IMG/VR virus record: IMGVR_UViG_3300024420_000008
Coordinates: 1 to 35,779 of that record
Source: a virus
Lineage: Duplodnaviria > Caudoviricetes
Length of the DNA stretch: 35,779 nt
Reading direction: 5' to 3' (one strand)
Both the position numbers and the translations under genes were made by a program. The notes beneath the pieces were generated by a model, which was not told where the DNA came from, ran no database searches, and saw only the letters and a program-made list of their open reading frames with translations. Below, one piece after another: positions 18,526-28,036 of the stretch (position 1 is its first letter; every line of letters begins with the position of its first letter).

Positions 18526-18762
18526 ATGTTAGAAAAGTTGCATCTCCAGCCATCAGAGCTGGATTTGCTTCCTTACTATGAGTATGAGTATACATTAGAA
18601 ATGTTTAATGAGATACTTAAAGAACGTAATGATGATGAGAAACAGAATACTCAATCCTATGCGGATAAATATAATACGGACAGCATGTCTAAATCTATGA
18701 ACAAACAGATGAGTTCTTTCAAAACACCATCTATGCCTAAGATAAGCATGCCTAAGTTCTAA
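18526..18762 (+). CDS. gp51-like tail/baseplate assembly protein; possibly a frameshift extension of the upstream gene
   Basis: LQPSELDLLPYYEYE resembles the gp51 or chaperone-GT pattern. The frame is open from 18370; the first ATG is at 18526. Confidence 0.6.
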   Translation: MLEKLHLQPSELDLLPYYEYEYTLEMFNEILKERNDDEKQNTQSYADKYNTDSMSKSMNKQMSSFKTPSMPKISMPKF

Positions 18763-18770
18763 ATAAATAT
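18761..18770 (+). promoter_or_regulatory. possible late promoter
   Basis: AAATAAATAT, very close to the start codon at 18776. Confidence 0.35.
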
Positions 18771-18775
18771 ACCGA

Positions 18776-21700
18776 ATGGCTGCAGTAACTCTTAAAGATT
18801 TAATGGATCCTCTAACTAAAATAGAGAAATCCGCGGAACAGACTAATGCAAAATTAGATGCTCTTATTGAGATGCAAACTGCTGGATCTGGTGGAGGTGG
18901 TTTGGAGCAAGCGATAGTAGATCAATTATCAGCTCAAACTACTTTATTACAGCTTATTGAGAAAAACACCCAAGGTGGTACTGGCCTTTCAAGTTTATTT
19001 AGTAGATCTAAACCTGATAAGAAAGCTGCTGCCACTGCAGGTGAAACTTTAAACCTTTTAGGTGTTGGTGCTAAGTCTACAGCTACAGGAATGTTATTGT
19101 GGATGTTGGTACCTAAAAAGACCATCACTAAATTCACTATGTTTGTTCAAGACTCATTTGAGGCTTTAGCAAATTCGGATCCTAAAAAAGCTAAAGAAGG
19201 GATTGAAGTTTTAGATTTAATGGGCGGCGCTATTCTTAAATTTTCTAAAGCACTCGCACTATCTGCACTTTTACTTATTCCTGGTATGCTTGCTATGCCA
19301 TTCCTATTAGCTTCAATTGTTGTAATGGGTGGAGCAATGGCTTTACTAGGAGCAATGAGTAAAAGAATTAATAAAGGATCCAAGGCTTTAGATAGAATGG
19401 GCGATGCCATAAAATCTTTCGGTATAGGGTTAGCATTATTTGCAGTTAGTACTATGTTTATCTTATTAGTTCCTCAGGTACTAATAGGAATGGTTGCTAC
19501 TCTTTTATTAATTGGTGGTGCCGTTGCTTTAATTGGTGGTAAGAAAATGTCTAAAAGAATTAGAAAGGGATCTCTTGGTCTTCTTATTTTAGGGGTTGCA
19601 TTAATACCTTTTGCATTAGGTGTATTAGCGTTATCTTTTGCTACGAAAGGGAATAGTATTGGTGATGTCCTTATCCAAGGTGCTACAATATTAGCAATTG
19701 GCGCTTCTGCTGCCTTAGTTGGTAAATTTGGATTAAAGAATATTTTAATGGGTGCTTTGGCTCTGGTGGCAAACGGATTAGGTATGATGGTATTTTCTAT
19801 GGGATATAAAGATTTTGCTGAATCAACCAAAGGAATGACTCTTGGTGATGTTGGTGTTCAGGCATTGGTGCTCGTAGCAGTAGGTGGTATAATGGCATTA
19901 GCCGGAATAGCGGTTGCTGCCACTGCAGGTACTGCTCTATTAGGCCCTGCTTTATATGCAGCAGCCGGTTTAGCATTACAAGAATTGGCACCAGGTTTAC
20001 TTGCAATGAAAAAGGTAGACTATTCTCAAAAAGATGCCGAAGACTTATCATTTACATTAGGTGCTGTTGCAGCTGCATTTTCAGGAGTTGATCCTGAGGC
20101 AGGTTTCTTATCCAATATTGGTAATGTATTTAGTAGAGTTGTACAGAGTGGTGCCGGTGTTGCCGCCGCTGCAATGTATGGTGCTGCTGGTTTAGCATTA
20201 CAAGAATTATCAAAAGGTCTTACTAAATTTAAAGCTATAGACTTTACACAAGAAGATTCAGAAGATCTTGCTGTTGCATTAGGATCTGTTAGTGGAGCAT
20301 TCGCACAAGCCGGTGGAGAACCTGCTAGCCCTGGTGGTTTATTTGGTGCAGTGTTTGGAAATACCTTTAGCCCTAATGCAACTGAAAGAGGTATTGATTC
20401 TGTAATGGATTCTGGTAAAGCACTTTCATCTGTAGTTGATGGTCTTGCTGCATTCTTGGATCTTAGAAAGAAATATAAATTAGATGCAAAAGCCTTTGAA
20501 GAGGACGGTTTTTTAAATGTAGCAATTACAGATACATTAGGTTTCTTAAGTAAAGCATTTGCCACAATTGGCGGAATGGAAGTTCAAGATGGATGGGGTC
20601 CATTTAGCTGGGATGAGAACTTAGTTGAGAAAGGTATTGATGCAGTTAGAGGATCAGGTAATGCGTTAACTGATATAACTACTGGATTAAAATCATTCCT
20701 AGATTTACAAATAGAATATGGATTAACTTCTGAATCATTTGCATCTGACGGTTATTTAGCTACAGCTGTAAAGGATACTTTAGGTTTTGTTAGTAAAGCA
20801 TTTGCTACAATTGGTGGAATGGAAGTTCAAGATGGATGGGGTCCATTTAGTTGGGATGAGAATTTAGTAGAAAAAGGTGTGGATGCAGTTCAGGGTGCAG
20901 GTAAAGAATTAACAAATATTGCAACAGGGTTAAAAACATTCCAAGAGCTAGTGGAAAAAGACATTGACTTCAGTCCTGGTGGTAAACTTGGAAAGGCTGT
21001 AAGTAATTCACTATCTTTTGTATCAACCGCATTTAGTGCGATTGGAGGAATGGAAGAGACTGATGGGTGGTTTATATTTTCATGGGATGAAAACACTGTA
21101 GAGAAAGGAATTGACGCTGTAAAAGGAGCCGGTTCAGAACTTAGTAATATAGCAAACGGATTAAAGACATTTGCAGATATGTCTGCAACGGTCGACTTCA
21201 GTAAAAAAGGTAAACTTGCTACTGGAGTTAAAAATGCATTATCATTTGTAGGTAGCGCCTTTATGAAAATTGGAGGAATGGAAGAGACTGATGGTAATTG
21301 GCTTTTCTCATGGGATGAAAACTTAGTTCAAAAAGGTATTGAAAATGTAGATGGTGCTGGTGCTGCATTGACTGATATAGCTGCAGGTTTACAATCATTT
21401 GCAGATTTAGAAAACCCTGGAGCAATAGCACAAGGTATTGAATCTATATTTACTTCTATAGGTGATACTTTTGCTAAGTATTATAAAGACACTACGTTCC
21501 GAACTGACTTAGATCATATGCAAGGGTTTATAACAGAATTATCTACTTATGCAAAAGATGGTTCATTAGCAAAGGCTGCAACAGATATTCAATCAATCTC
21601 TAATGCTGTAAATTCTATTGATTCCATGAAAGCAGAATCTTTTGCAAATCTATTTAAAGGAGCAGGTGATTTATCAAGTAATAGAAGAGCATATGCACAA

Positions 21701-21943
21701 TTAGCTGATGCAGTAGAAGAGATAAGAGATATTTTAGGTAGCCAAGGTTCTAGTATTGGTGATGCCGTTGGTGGAGCTATCAGTAATGCATTCGGTGGTG
21801 GCGGAGGAGATGATAAGAAGAAAGGTGGAGACGGTATGAATAAAACTCTTCAAAAAATGAACGCTACTATGGGTAGGCTGCAATCTACTATGGGTCAATT
21901 ACCTGCATCTATTCAATCAATTAAAATCGTAGTAGAAGATTAA
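18776..21943 (+). CDS. tape measure protein
   Basis: 1055 aa, Ala/Gly-rich and helical, with a long hydrophobic block and Trp-containing internal repeats; canonical position after the chaperone-like genes. Confidence 0.8.
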   Translation: MAAVTLKDLMDPLTKIEKSAEQTNAKLDALIEMQTAGSGGGGLEQAIVDQLSAQTTLLQLIEKNTQGGTGLSSLFSRSKPDKKAAATAGETLNLLGVGAKSTATGMLLWMLVPKKTITKFTMFVQDSFEALANSDPKKAKEGIEVLDLMGGAILKFSKALALSALLLIPGMLAMPFLLASIVVMGGAMALLGAMSKRINKGSKALDRMGDAIKSFGIGLALFAVSTMFILLVPQVLIGMVATLLLIGGAVALIGGKKMSKRIRKGSLGLLILGVALIPFALGVLALSFATKGNSIGDVLIQGATILAIGASAALVGKFGLKNILMGALALVANGLGMMVFSMGYKDFAESTKGMTLGDVGVQALVLVAVGGIMALAGIAVAATAGTALLGPALYAAAGLALQELAPGLLAMKKVDYSQKDAEDLSFTLGAVAAAFSGVDPEAGFLSNIGNVFSRVVQSGAGVAAAAMYGAAGLALQELSKGLTKFKAIDFTQEDSEDLAVALGSVSGAFAQAGGEPASPGGLFGAVFGNTFSPNATERGIDSVMDSGKALSSVVDGLAAFLDLRKKYKLDAKAFEEDGFLNVAITDTLGFLSKAFATIGGMEVQDGWGPFSWDENLVEKGIDAVRGSGNALTDITTGLKSFLDLQIEYGLTSESFASDGYLATAVKDTLGFVSKAFATIGGMEVQDGWGPFSWDENLVEKGVDAVQGAGKELTNIATGLKTFQELVEKDIDFSPGGKLGKAVSNSLSFVSTAFSAIGGMEETDGWFIFSWDENTVEKGIDAVKGAGSELSNIANGLKTFADMSATVDFSKKGKLATGVKNALSFVGSAFMKIGGMEETDGNWLFSWDENLVQKGIENVDGAGAALTDIAAGLQSFADLENPGAIAQGIESIFTSIGDTFAKYYKDTTFRTDLDHMQGFITELSTYAKDGSLAKAATDIQSISNAVNSIDSMKAESFANLFKGAGDLSSNRRAYAQLADAVEEIRDILGSQGSSIGDAVGGAISNAFGGGGGDDKKKGGDGMNKTLQKMNATMGRLQSTMGQLPASIQSIKIVVED
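20538..21360 (+). repeat. four 76-81 aa internal repeats in the tape measure gene
   Basis: IGGME(V/E)(Q/T)DG..FSWDEN.V.KG units; the Met codons lie at 20576, 20819, 21050 and 21278. Confidence 0.9.
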
Positions 21944-21958
21944 TTTCTAAATTTCTTA

Positions 21959-21987
21959 AAACCTTTTTAAGTTTAAGCTATATAAAA
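21959..21987 (+). promoter_or_regulatory. putative middle promoter
   Basis: AAACC-N16-ATATAAAA. Confidence 0.6.
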
Positions 21988-22021
21988 TTAACAGAGAGTT
22001 AACAGAAATAGTATAGTTTTT

Positions 22022-22813
22022 ATGGAAAAGAATATTGTATGGTTTGACTTGGAAACCACAGGAGTAAATCCAAGTAATGATAGAATTATTGAAATTGCAA
22101 TGATTAAAACTAATGCCGAAGGAGATGAAATAGATTCTTTTCAGTCTTTAGTAAATCCCGGCCCTGATGCAGTTATGAGACAGGAAGCTCAGGATAAACA
22201 TGGTATTACACCAGAGCAATTAAAAGATGCACCTCAATTTGATTTAATAGCTAAAGAAGTTTTAGACTTTATTGGTGATAGTGATCTTGGTGGTTATAAC
22301 GCACTTTACTTTGATGTACCAATGCTCGTAGAGGAATTTATGAGAAGTGGTATTGCATTCTCACATCGCCAAAGAGCTGTGGTAGATCCCTTTTTAATTT
22401 ATTCAAAATATGAAAGACGAGATTTAAGTACTGCATATAAAAAATATACAGGAAAAGATTTAGAAGGAGCTCATAGAGCCGATGTTGATATTCGTGCAAC
22501 AATGGAAATATTTCAAAAGCAAAAAGAACTTTATGATATGCCAACTACAGCAAAAGAAATTGATGATGTTGTAAATGAATCAAGAAAGGATCAAGTAGAC
22601 CTTAGCGGTAAATATAAGTTTGCTGAAATAAACGGAAAGAGAGAAATTGTATTTAACTTCGGTAAAAATAAAGGTAAACCGTTTAAAGAAGTTTATGAAA
22701 CAGATGCAAGATACATTCAATGGATTATTGATAAAGGTGAATTCTCAAAAGAAGTAAAAATCATATCTAGAAAACTCCTAGAGAAAATGAGAGCAGAAAA
22801 CCCTGTTTTGTAA
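22022..22813 (+). CDS. DEDDh 3'-5' exonuclease (DNA pol III epsilon-like)
   Basis: FDLETTG, GYNALYFD, AHRADVD; C-terminal FNFGKNKG...YIQWI domain. Confidence 0.9.
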   Translation: MEKNIVWFDLETTGVNPSNDRIIEIAMIKTNAEGDEIDSFQSLVNPGPDAVMRQEAQDKHGITPEQLKDAPQFDLIAKEVLDFIGDSDLGGYNALYFDVPMLVEEFMRSGIAFSHRQRAVVDPFLIYSKYERRDLSTAYKKYTGKDLEGAHRADVDIRATMEIFQKQKELYDMPTTAKEIDDVVNESRKDQVDLSGKYKFAEINGKREIVFNFGKNKGKPFKEVYETDARYIQWIIDKGEFSKEVKIISRKLLEKMRAENPVL

Positions 22814-22829
22814 ATTGTTAATAACTTTT

Positions 22830-22889
22830 AGAAAAAAGATCTCATTTTATTTTCAATTCCCAATTTTTTTTATTATATTTATAATATAA
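22830..22889 (+). repeat. 60-bp dispersed intergenic repeat, copy 1 (putative early promoter)
   Basis: 51/60 ungapped identity to 31744-31803, counted by hand. Confidence 0.8.
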
Positions 22890-22905
22890 TTAAATAACAC
22901 GGAAT

Positions 22906-23202
22906 ATGTCTAAATATCAAGAACTACTACAAAATCCTCCAAGGCTAACAGTAAAGAAAGATGCAAGAGAGGTAATTATTAAAACGGTAAGTTGTATGTG
23001 TGATAACGTACATTACCTTAAGTTTAAGAAAAATTCAGAAGGTGATTTTAAAATGTCAGGTGGTGGATTTGCTTTATCTAACTGGCAAATGAAACATAAA
23101 CCACATGATATTGAGTGGATCGCTGATGAAGGTAAGTGGAACCAAGTATTTAGAATGATTAATACCGGAACAGAAAAAATTGAATCTTTAAAAAGTAGAT
23201 AA
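22906..23202 (+). CDS. hypothetical protein
   Basis: 98 aa; first gene of a tightly packed small-ORF cluster. Confidence 0.75.
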   Translation: MSKYQELLQNPPRLTVKKDAREVIIKTVSCMCDNVHYLKFKKNSEGDFKMSGGGFALSNWQMKHKPHDIEWIADEGKWNQVFRMINTGTEKIESLKSR

Positions 23203-23435
23203 TGGCAATAACAACAAAACCAATGCCTGGATCCGAAATGATCCACGTTGACTTAAGCGGCCCAGATGGTAATGCATTTTCATTAATTGGTCTGGCTCAA
23301 AAATTAGCAAAGCAACTTCACTATCAACCTGATGAAAGAGGAGAACTCACAGCAGAAATGATGGGTGGGGATTACGATAACCTGTTAGAAGTTTTCGATA
23401 AACACTTCGGAGAATTTGTAACATTACATAAATAA
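23202..23435 (+). CDS. hypothetical phage protein
   Basis: 77 aa; TAATG coupling; DLSGPDGNAF...GDYDNLL. Confidence 0.75.
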   Translation: MAITTKPMPGSEMIHVDLSGPDGNAFSLIGLAQKLAKQLHYQPDERGELTAEMMGGDYDNLLEVFDKHFGEFVTLHK

Positions 23436-23436
23436 T

Positions 23437-23622
23437 ATGAAAGAACCGACACCATACCGTATGATAACGGAAGAAGAACACATTGAAGAAATTCTAACAG
23501 AAGCATCGGCCTATGGCTTAAGAGCTGAGGTAAAGCAGTATGCTGAAAAGCTTTTGGATGAATCCCCAGAGATGGATCCAATTGATGCCTATAATCATGG
23601 ATTCCAAGAGTGGATTAAATAA
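23437..23622 (+). CDS. hypothetical protein (paralog of 29360..29527)
   Basis: 61 aa; EEILTEASAYGLRAEV. Confidence 0.72.
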   Translation: MKEPTPYRMITEEEHIEEILTEASAYGLRAEVKQYAEKLLDESPEMDPIDAYNHGFQEWIK

Positions 23623-23625
23623 ATT

Positions 23626-23772
23626 ATGGAAAAAGATAACGAAGGCAAAAAACTAAAAGAAGTTAAATTAACTTTACAAGAATGGAATGATGCTCTTCGT
23701 GTACCTACACCTGTAAGAAATAAGAAAAAATATAGGAGAAAGAAAAAACATAAAGGTAAAGATGATGAATAG
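23626..23772 (+). CDS. small basic protein (48 aa, not in ORF track)
   Basis: MEKDNEGKKLKEVKLTLQEWNDALRVPTPVRNKKKYRRKKKHKGKDDE*; fills the gap between neighbours. Confidence 0.7.
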   Translation: MEKDNEGKKLKEVKLTLQEWNDALRVPTPVRNKKKYRRKKKHKGKDDE

Positions 23773-24109
23773 TATATTAGAAAAAATAAGTTGGTGGACT
23801 CATAAATGGAATTATAGTTTTGATTTACTCCAGATAGACCTACACAATAACCATGAGTCTTGGGGTTTCAGATTTTTAAATTTTAAGGCTAATTTCTATG
23901 ATCATTCTCTTTTGGCTTTTTATTTTAGATTACCTAATAAAACAACGGTTAAGAAATTTCACATAGATCATATAGATTTATTTTATTTAAATAGGCCTCT
24001 CTATAAAGTTTATGATAAACTAAACGATAGAGAATTATGGATGCCTAAATCTTTTTCAAAATTAGATAAAATTAAATTAGCAATCTTAGATAAAATATTT
24101 AATAGATGA
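23762..24109 (+). CDS. hypothetical protein
   Basis: 115 aa, aromatic-rich. Confidence 0.7.
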   Translation: MMNSILEKISWWTHKWNYSFDLLQIDLHNNHESWGFRFLNFKANFYDHSLLAFYFRLPNKTTVKKFHIDHIDLFYLNRPLYKVYDKLNDRELWMPKSFSKLDKIKLAILDKIFNR

Positions 24110-24345
24110 TAAAAAAAGAATGGCATTGGATGGACACTAAAGTTCCTCTATCTTTTATTAGAGATGAAATGAAATGGGTAGAGCAAGTTATAACTCATGA
24201 AGATAATAAAAATTTACATTACCCAGCACTTAAGCAGCTTATAAATAATTTTCATAATAAATGGGTAAGTAATAACAATACAGTAATTATGAATATTTAC
24301 CGTGAGTATCTTAATTCAGTTTTGAGAAGTGAATTTGGTAGGTAA
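24106..24345 (+). CDS. hypothetical protein
   Basis: 79 aa; ATGA overlap. Confidence 0.7.
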   Translation: MIKKEWHWMDTKVPLSFIRDEMKWVEQVITHEDNKNLHYPALKQLINNFHNKWVSNNNTVIMNIYREYLNSVLRSEFGR

Positions 24346-24347
24346 TT

Positions 24348-24380
24348 AAACCTTTGAGAATTTATCAATATAAAAATAAA
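24348..24380 (+). promoter_or_regulatory. putative middle promoter
   Basis: AAACC-N15-ATATAAAAATAAA. Confidence 0.68.
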
Positions 24381-24388
24381 TCTAAAGA

Positions 24389-26266
24389 ATGGCAGTAAGC
24401 ATTGAAAAGAAATATCAGAAACTTACAGATACAGAACATGTATTACTTAGACCAGGTATGTACATTGGTTCTGTTAAGCCACACACAGAAGAAGTTTATC
24501 TTTTAGATAGAAGAAGTTGGAAATTGGTACCTAAAGAAATTACCTATAACCCAGGATTCTTAAAACTCTTTGATGAGATTGTATCTAACTCAGTTGATGA
24601 ACATAAAAGAAATCCTAAACTTAATCAAGTAAAAGTTAATATTGATATTAATACAAATAAAATATCAATTTGGGATAACGGTGGTATTCCTGTAGAAATT
24701 CATAAAAAGTATAATGAATGGGTGCCTGAAATGATTTTTAGTAATTTAAAGACAGGTAGTAATTTTGATGATACCGAGGAGAGAACTGTCGTAGGAACTA
24801 ATGGTGTAGGTAGTACATTAACAAATATATTTAGTAAAGAATTTACAATTGATACTTGTGATAAGAAGAAAAGATTTACTCAAACCTTTTCAAATAATAT
24901 GGCAAAGAAAACTAAACCTGCCATAAAACCACAAAAGAAAGGCTTTACTGAAATTTCATACATTGCCGATTTTAAAAGATTTGGTATGAGTAAGATTGAT
25001 AAAGCTTCAATTCAAATGATTGAAAAAAGGCTTTATGATATTGCTGCATGTAATCCTAAATTAAAAATCTGGCTAAACGGAGATCCTATTACATTTAAAT
25101 CCTTTAAGGAATATTCTGAATTGTATACCACACCAGTATTCTATGAACAATCAGAAAATTGGCAAATAGGTATAGGTCATTCTACATCAGGGTTTAAAGC
25201 TATCTCATTTGTAAATTCTGTTGAAACGAAAGATGGTGGTAAACATGTAGACAACATTACATGGCAGATTACCCAATTCCTTAGAGATAAGATTAAAAGA
25301 AAGCATAGAGTTGATGTAAAACCTTCCGAGTTAAAAAATCATCTATATCTTTTTATTAATTGTACAATCATTAATCCTGCATTCTCATCTCAAACTAAAG
25401 AGAAGCTTATTACTGAACCTAAAGACTTTGGTAGTATTCATGTACTTTCCGATAAGACATTAAGACAAGTTTTAAATTCAGAAATAATTCAATCAGTTTT
25501 AGATTGGATTAAACAAAAGAAAGCTGCTGAAGAAAGATCTAAGCTTAGGAAATTAAATAAAGGTTTAGATAAGAAAAAGGTTGTAAAACTAATTGATGCA
25601 AAAAAGAGAGGTGATCGAAGTAACTGTACTCTTGCAATCTTTGAAGGTGATTCTGCATCCTCTGCATTTAGGCAATATAGAAATCCTAATATGCAAGGTG
25701 CATTTCCACTTAGAGGTAAATTTGTAAATGTAAGAGAATCTATTCCTTCTAAGGTTGTACAAAATAAAGAAGTACAATCTCTTATGGCGGCATTAGGTTT
25801 AAAGATAGGTCATGAACCTAAAGATTTAAGATACGGTAAAATATTATTGTATACTGATGCCGATGTAGATGGTAATTCTATATCTGCTTTGCTAATTAAT
25901 TTCTTAGGTAAATATTGGCCAGAGTTATTTGAACAGGGTAGGGTGCTAAAGGTAGAAACTCCTCTTATGGTTGCTAAGAAAGGTAAAGATACATTAAGTT
26001 TTTACTCCGATGAAGATTATAAAGAATGGGAATCTAAACAAAGATCATTATCATCTTGGAATATTGAATATAAGAAAGGTCTTGCTGCATTAGAGAATGA
26101 AGAGTACCAAGAAATAATAAGTAATCCTAGAACCTTTACATTGACTAAAGATAAGGATTTTGATAATACGTTAGATACATGGTTCTCTAAAGATTCAGAA
26201 CCAAGAAAGAAAAAGATTTTAGGAGAGGATCTTATTTATAAAGTAAGTGATAAATCATTATTTTAA
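24389..26266 (+). CDS. type IIA DNA topoisomerase, ATPase/TOPRIM subunit (gp39+gp60 fused)
   Basis: HVLLRPGMYIGS, EIVSNSVD, DNGGIP, GTNGVG, EGDSA, PLRGK, TDADVDG, YKKGL. Confidence 0.95.
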   Translation: MAVSIEKKYQKLTDTEHVLLRPGMYIGSVKPHTEEVYLLDRRSWKLVPKEITYNPGFLKLFDEIVSNSVDEHKRNPKLNQVKVNIDINTNKISIWDNGGIPVEIHKKYNEWVPEMIFSNLKTGSNFDDTEERTVVGTNGVGSTLTNIFSKEFTIDTCDKKKRFTQTFSNNMAKKTKPAIKPQKKGFTEISYIADFKRFGMSKIDKASIQMIEKRLYDIAACNPKLKIWLNGDPITFKSFKEYSELYTTPVFYEQSENWQIGIGHSTSGFKAISFVNSVETKDGGKHVDNITWQITQFLRDKIKRKHRVDVKPSELKNHLYLFINCTIINPAFSSQTKEKLITEPKDFGSIHVLSDKTLRQVLNSEIIQSVLDWIKQKKAAEERSKLRKLNKGLDKKKVVKLIDAKKRGDRSNCTLAIFEGDSASSAFRQYRNPNMQGAFPLRGKFVNVRESIPSKVVQNKEVQSLMAALGLKIGHEPKDLRYGKILLYTDADVDGNSISALLINFLGKYWPELFEQGRVLKVETPLMVAKKGKDTLSFYSDEDYKEWESKQRSLSSWNIEYKKGLAALENEEYQEIISNPRTFTLTKDKDFDNTLDTWFSKDSEPRKKKILGEDLIYKVSDKSLF

Positions 26267-26269
26267 AAT

Positions 26270-27613
26270 ATGAGTAAAAGAACAGTAACAGATTTTTTTG
26301 ATAAGGAATATCTTGAGTACGCAAAATATGTTGTAGAGAATAGAGCTATACCTAGTTGCATAGACGGATTAAAACCTACACAAAGAAAGGTAGTATACAT
26401 TGCTAATAAAATATGGAAAAGTGGAAATGAAAAACCAATGAAACTTTTTCAACTTGCTGGTCGTGTAGCAGCTGAGGCATATTACCATCACGGTAATACT
26501 TCATTGGAATCTGCAATGGTTGGTATGGCACAAGGGTTTAAAAATTCATTACCTCTTTTAGATGGTATAGGTCAATTTGGATCGTTAAGATCTCCATCTG
26601 CTGGTGCACCTAGATATATCAGTGGAAAGTTACATCCTAACTTTAGACTTCTTTATAAAGATTTTGAATTATTAGAAAATAAAATTGAAGAAGGGGAAAA
26701 AATTGAACCTGAGTTTTTCTTACCTATCATACCTACAGTAATCTTAAACGGATCTTCCGGTATTGCAGTAGGTTTTGCTACAAATATTTTAAATAGAAAT
26801 CCTAAAGATGTTGTTAATGCATGTATCTCTGTTCTTAAAGGTAAGAGAATGCCAGTATTAGCACCGTGGTTAAAGGAGTTTAGCGGCACTTTTACTAGAG
26901 ATACGGTTAATCCTAAAACATGGAAGATAAGTGGGCTATATGAGGTGCTAAACACCACAACAGTTAAAGTAAATGAAATACCTCCAGGTTTTACTTATGA
27001 AAGATATGAAGAGCATCTAAATAACCTAACTGAAAAAAGAATCATTTCAGGTTATGAGGATAATTCATCAGGTAAAGTAGAATATGTACTTAGGTTTCAA
27101 AGAGCGGTGCTCAAAGATTACATTAGCAGAAATAAACTTGAAGCTTTATTAAAAATTAATACACAAGAAACTGAAAACCTTACAACGATTGATGAAAACG
27201 GTGAACTTAAGATTTTTAATAAAGTAGAAGAAATTGTTAAACATTTTGTAGAAGTCCGATTAACATGGTATGATAAAAGAAAGGCTTATCTTATTGCAAA
27301 GCTTGAGAGAGAATTACTTATCATTTCAAATAAGGCAAGATTTATAAAAGATATCATTGATGGAAAACTAACAGTAAACAATGCACCTAAGAAATCTATT
27401 ATAATTTATTTAGAAGCAAATAAATTTGATAAGGTTGACGGTTCATATAATTACCTTTTAAATATGCCTATCTATTCTTTAACGAAAGAAAGGTTTGATG
27501 AGTTATTAAAACAAGAAGCTGATAAGAAAGCTGAAAAGAAAATCATAGAAGGTACTGATCCTAAAGATATGTACCTTTCTGATTTGGAAATATTAAAGAA
27601 GGCAATTAAGTAA
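26270..27613 (+). CDS. type IIA DNA topoisomerase, breakage-reunion subunit (gp52-like)
   Basis: RAIPSCIDGLKPTQRK, YHHG, APRY catalytic Tyr, NGSSGIAVGFAT. Confidence 0.95.
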   Translation: MSKRTVTDFFDKEYLEYAKYVVENRAIPSCIDGLKPTQRKVVYIANKIWKSGNEKPMKLFQLAGRVAAEAYYHHGNTSLESAMVGMAQGFKNSLPLLDGIGQFGSLRSPSAGAPRYISGKLHPNFRLLYKDFELLENKIEEGEKIEPEFFLPIIPTVILNGSSGIAVGFATNILNRNPKDVVNACISVLKGKRMPVLAPWLKEFSGTFTRDTVNPKTWKISGLYEVLNTTTVKVNEIPPGFTYERYEEHLNNLTEKRIISGYEDNSSGKVEYVLRFQRAVLKDYISRNKLEALLKINTQETENLTTIDENGELKIFNKVEEIVKHFVEVRLTWYDKRKAYLIAKLERELLIISNKARFIKDIIDGKLTVNNAPKKSIIIYLEANKFDKVDGSYNYLLNMPIYSLTKERFDELLKQEADKKAEKKIIEGTDPKDMYLSDLEILKKAIK

Positions 27614-27644
27614 ACCTTTTAAGAAAAAGCAATATAAAAATAAA
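27612..27644 (+). promoter_or_regulatory. putative middle promoter
   Basis: AAACC-N15-ATATAAAAATAAA. Confidence 0.68.
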
Positions 27645-27651
27645 CAATATT

Positions 27652-27816
27652 ATGGCTAAATTTAAATTTGAGACTAAGAACGGTACTTATGTGTCAGGTT
27701 GCCAAACCGATACAGAAGAACTTGCGTGGAAATGGATTGCTCAAACTAAACAATTACCTATAAAACAGGCAAAGGAACTTTATAATATTACAAAAATAGA
27801 TAAAAATGATGATTGA
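27652..27816 (+). CDS. small hypothetical protein (54 aa, not in ORF track)
   Basis: MAKFKFETKNGTYVSGCQTDTEELAWKWIAQTKQLP...KNDD*, directly after the promoter motif. Confidence 0.7.
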   Translation: MAKFKFETKNGTYVSGCQTDTEELAWKWIAQTKQLPIKQAKELYNITKIDKNDD

Positions 27817-28033
27817 ATCAAACTCAACAGTAGACTCTTCAATGATAAACAGAGTCATTTACAATTTTCCTAACAAGTCACTTAAGATTGAATTTAATTC
27901 AGGTGCTCTTTATGAATACAATAATGTAGAACCAGAAGTTTATGATAACTTATGTAAAGCTGAATCTCAAGGAAAATTCTTTAACGAACAAATTAAAAAT
28001 AATTACGACCACACTCAACTTTTAATAAACTAA
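27806..28033 (+). CDS. KTSC domain protein
   Basis: VDSSMI..V.Y....L.IEF.SG..YEY..V....Y..L..AESQGKFFN..IK. Confidence 0.9.
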   Translation: MMIESNSTVDSSMINRVIYNFPNKSLKIEFNSGALYEYNNVEPEVYDNLCKAESQGKFFNEQIKNNYDHTQLLIN

Positions 28034-28036
28034 ATT

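Noticed and set aside
20538-21360. CRISPR array
   Set aside because: The repeats are in-frame coding duplications with a period of about 230-240 bp and synonymous variation.
22816-22824. DnaA-box-like TGTTAATAA, possible origin
   Set aside because: A single imperfect copy in AT-rich DNA, with no cluster.
4647-27613. Eukaryotic giant virus or archaeal origin suggested by RFC-like and topo II genes
   Set aside because: Sheath, tube, terminase, gp23-like capsid, sigma factor and intrinsic terminators indicate a bacteriophage.
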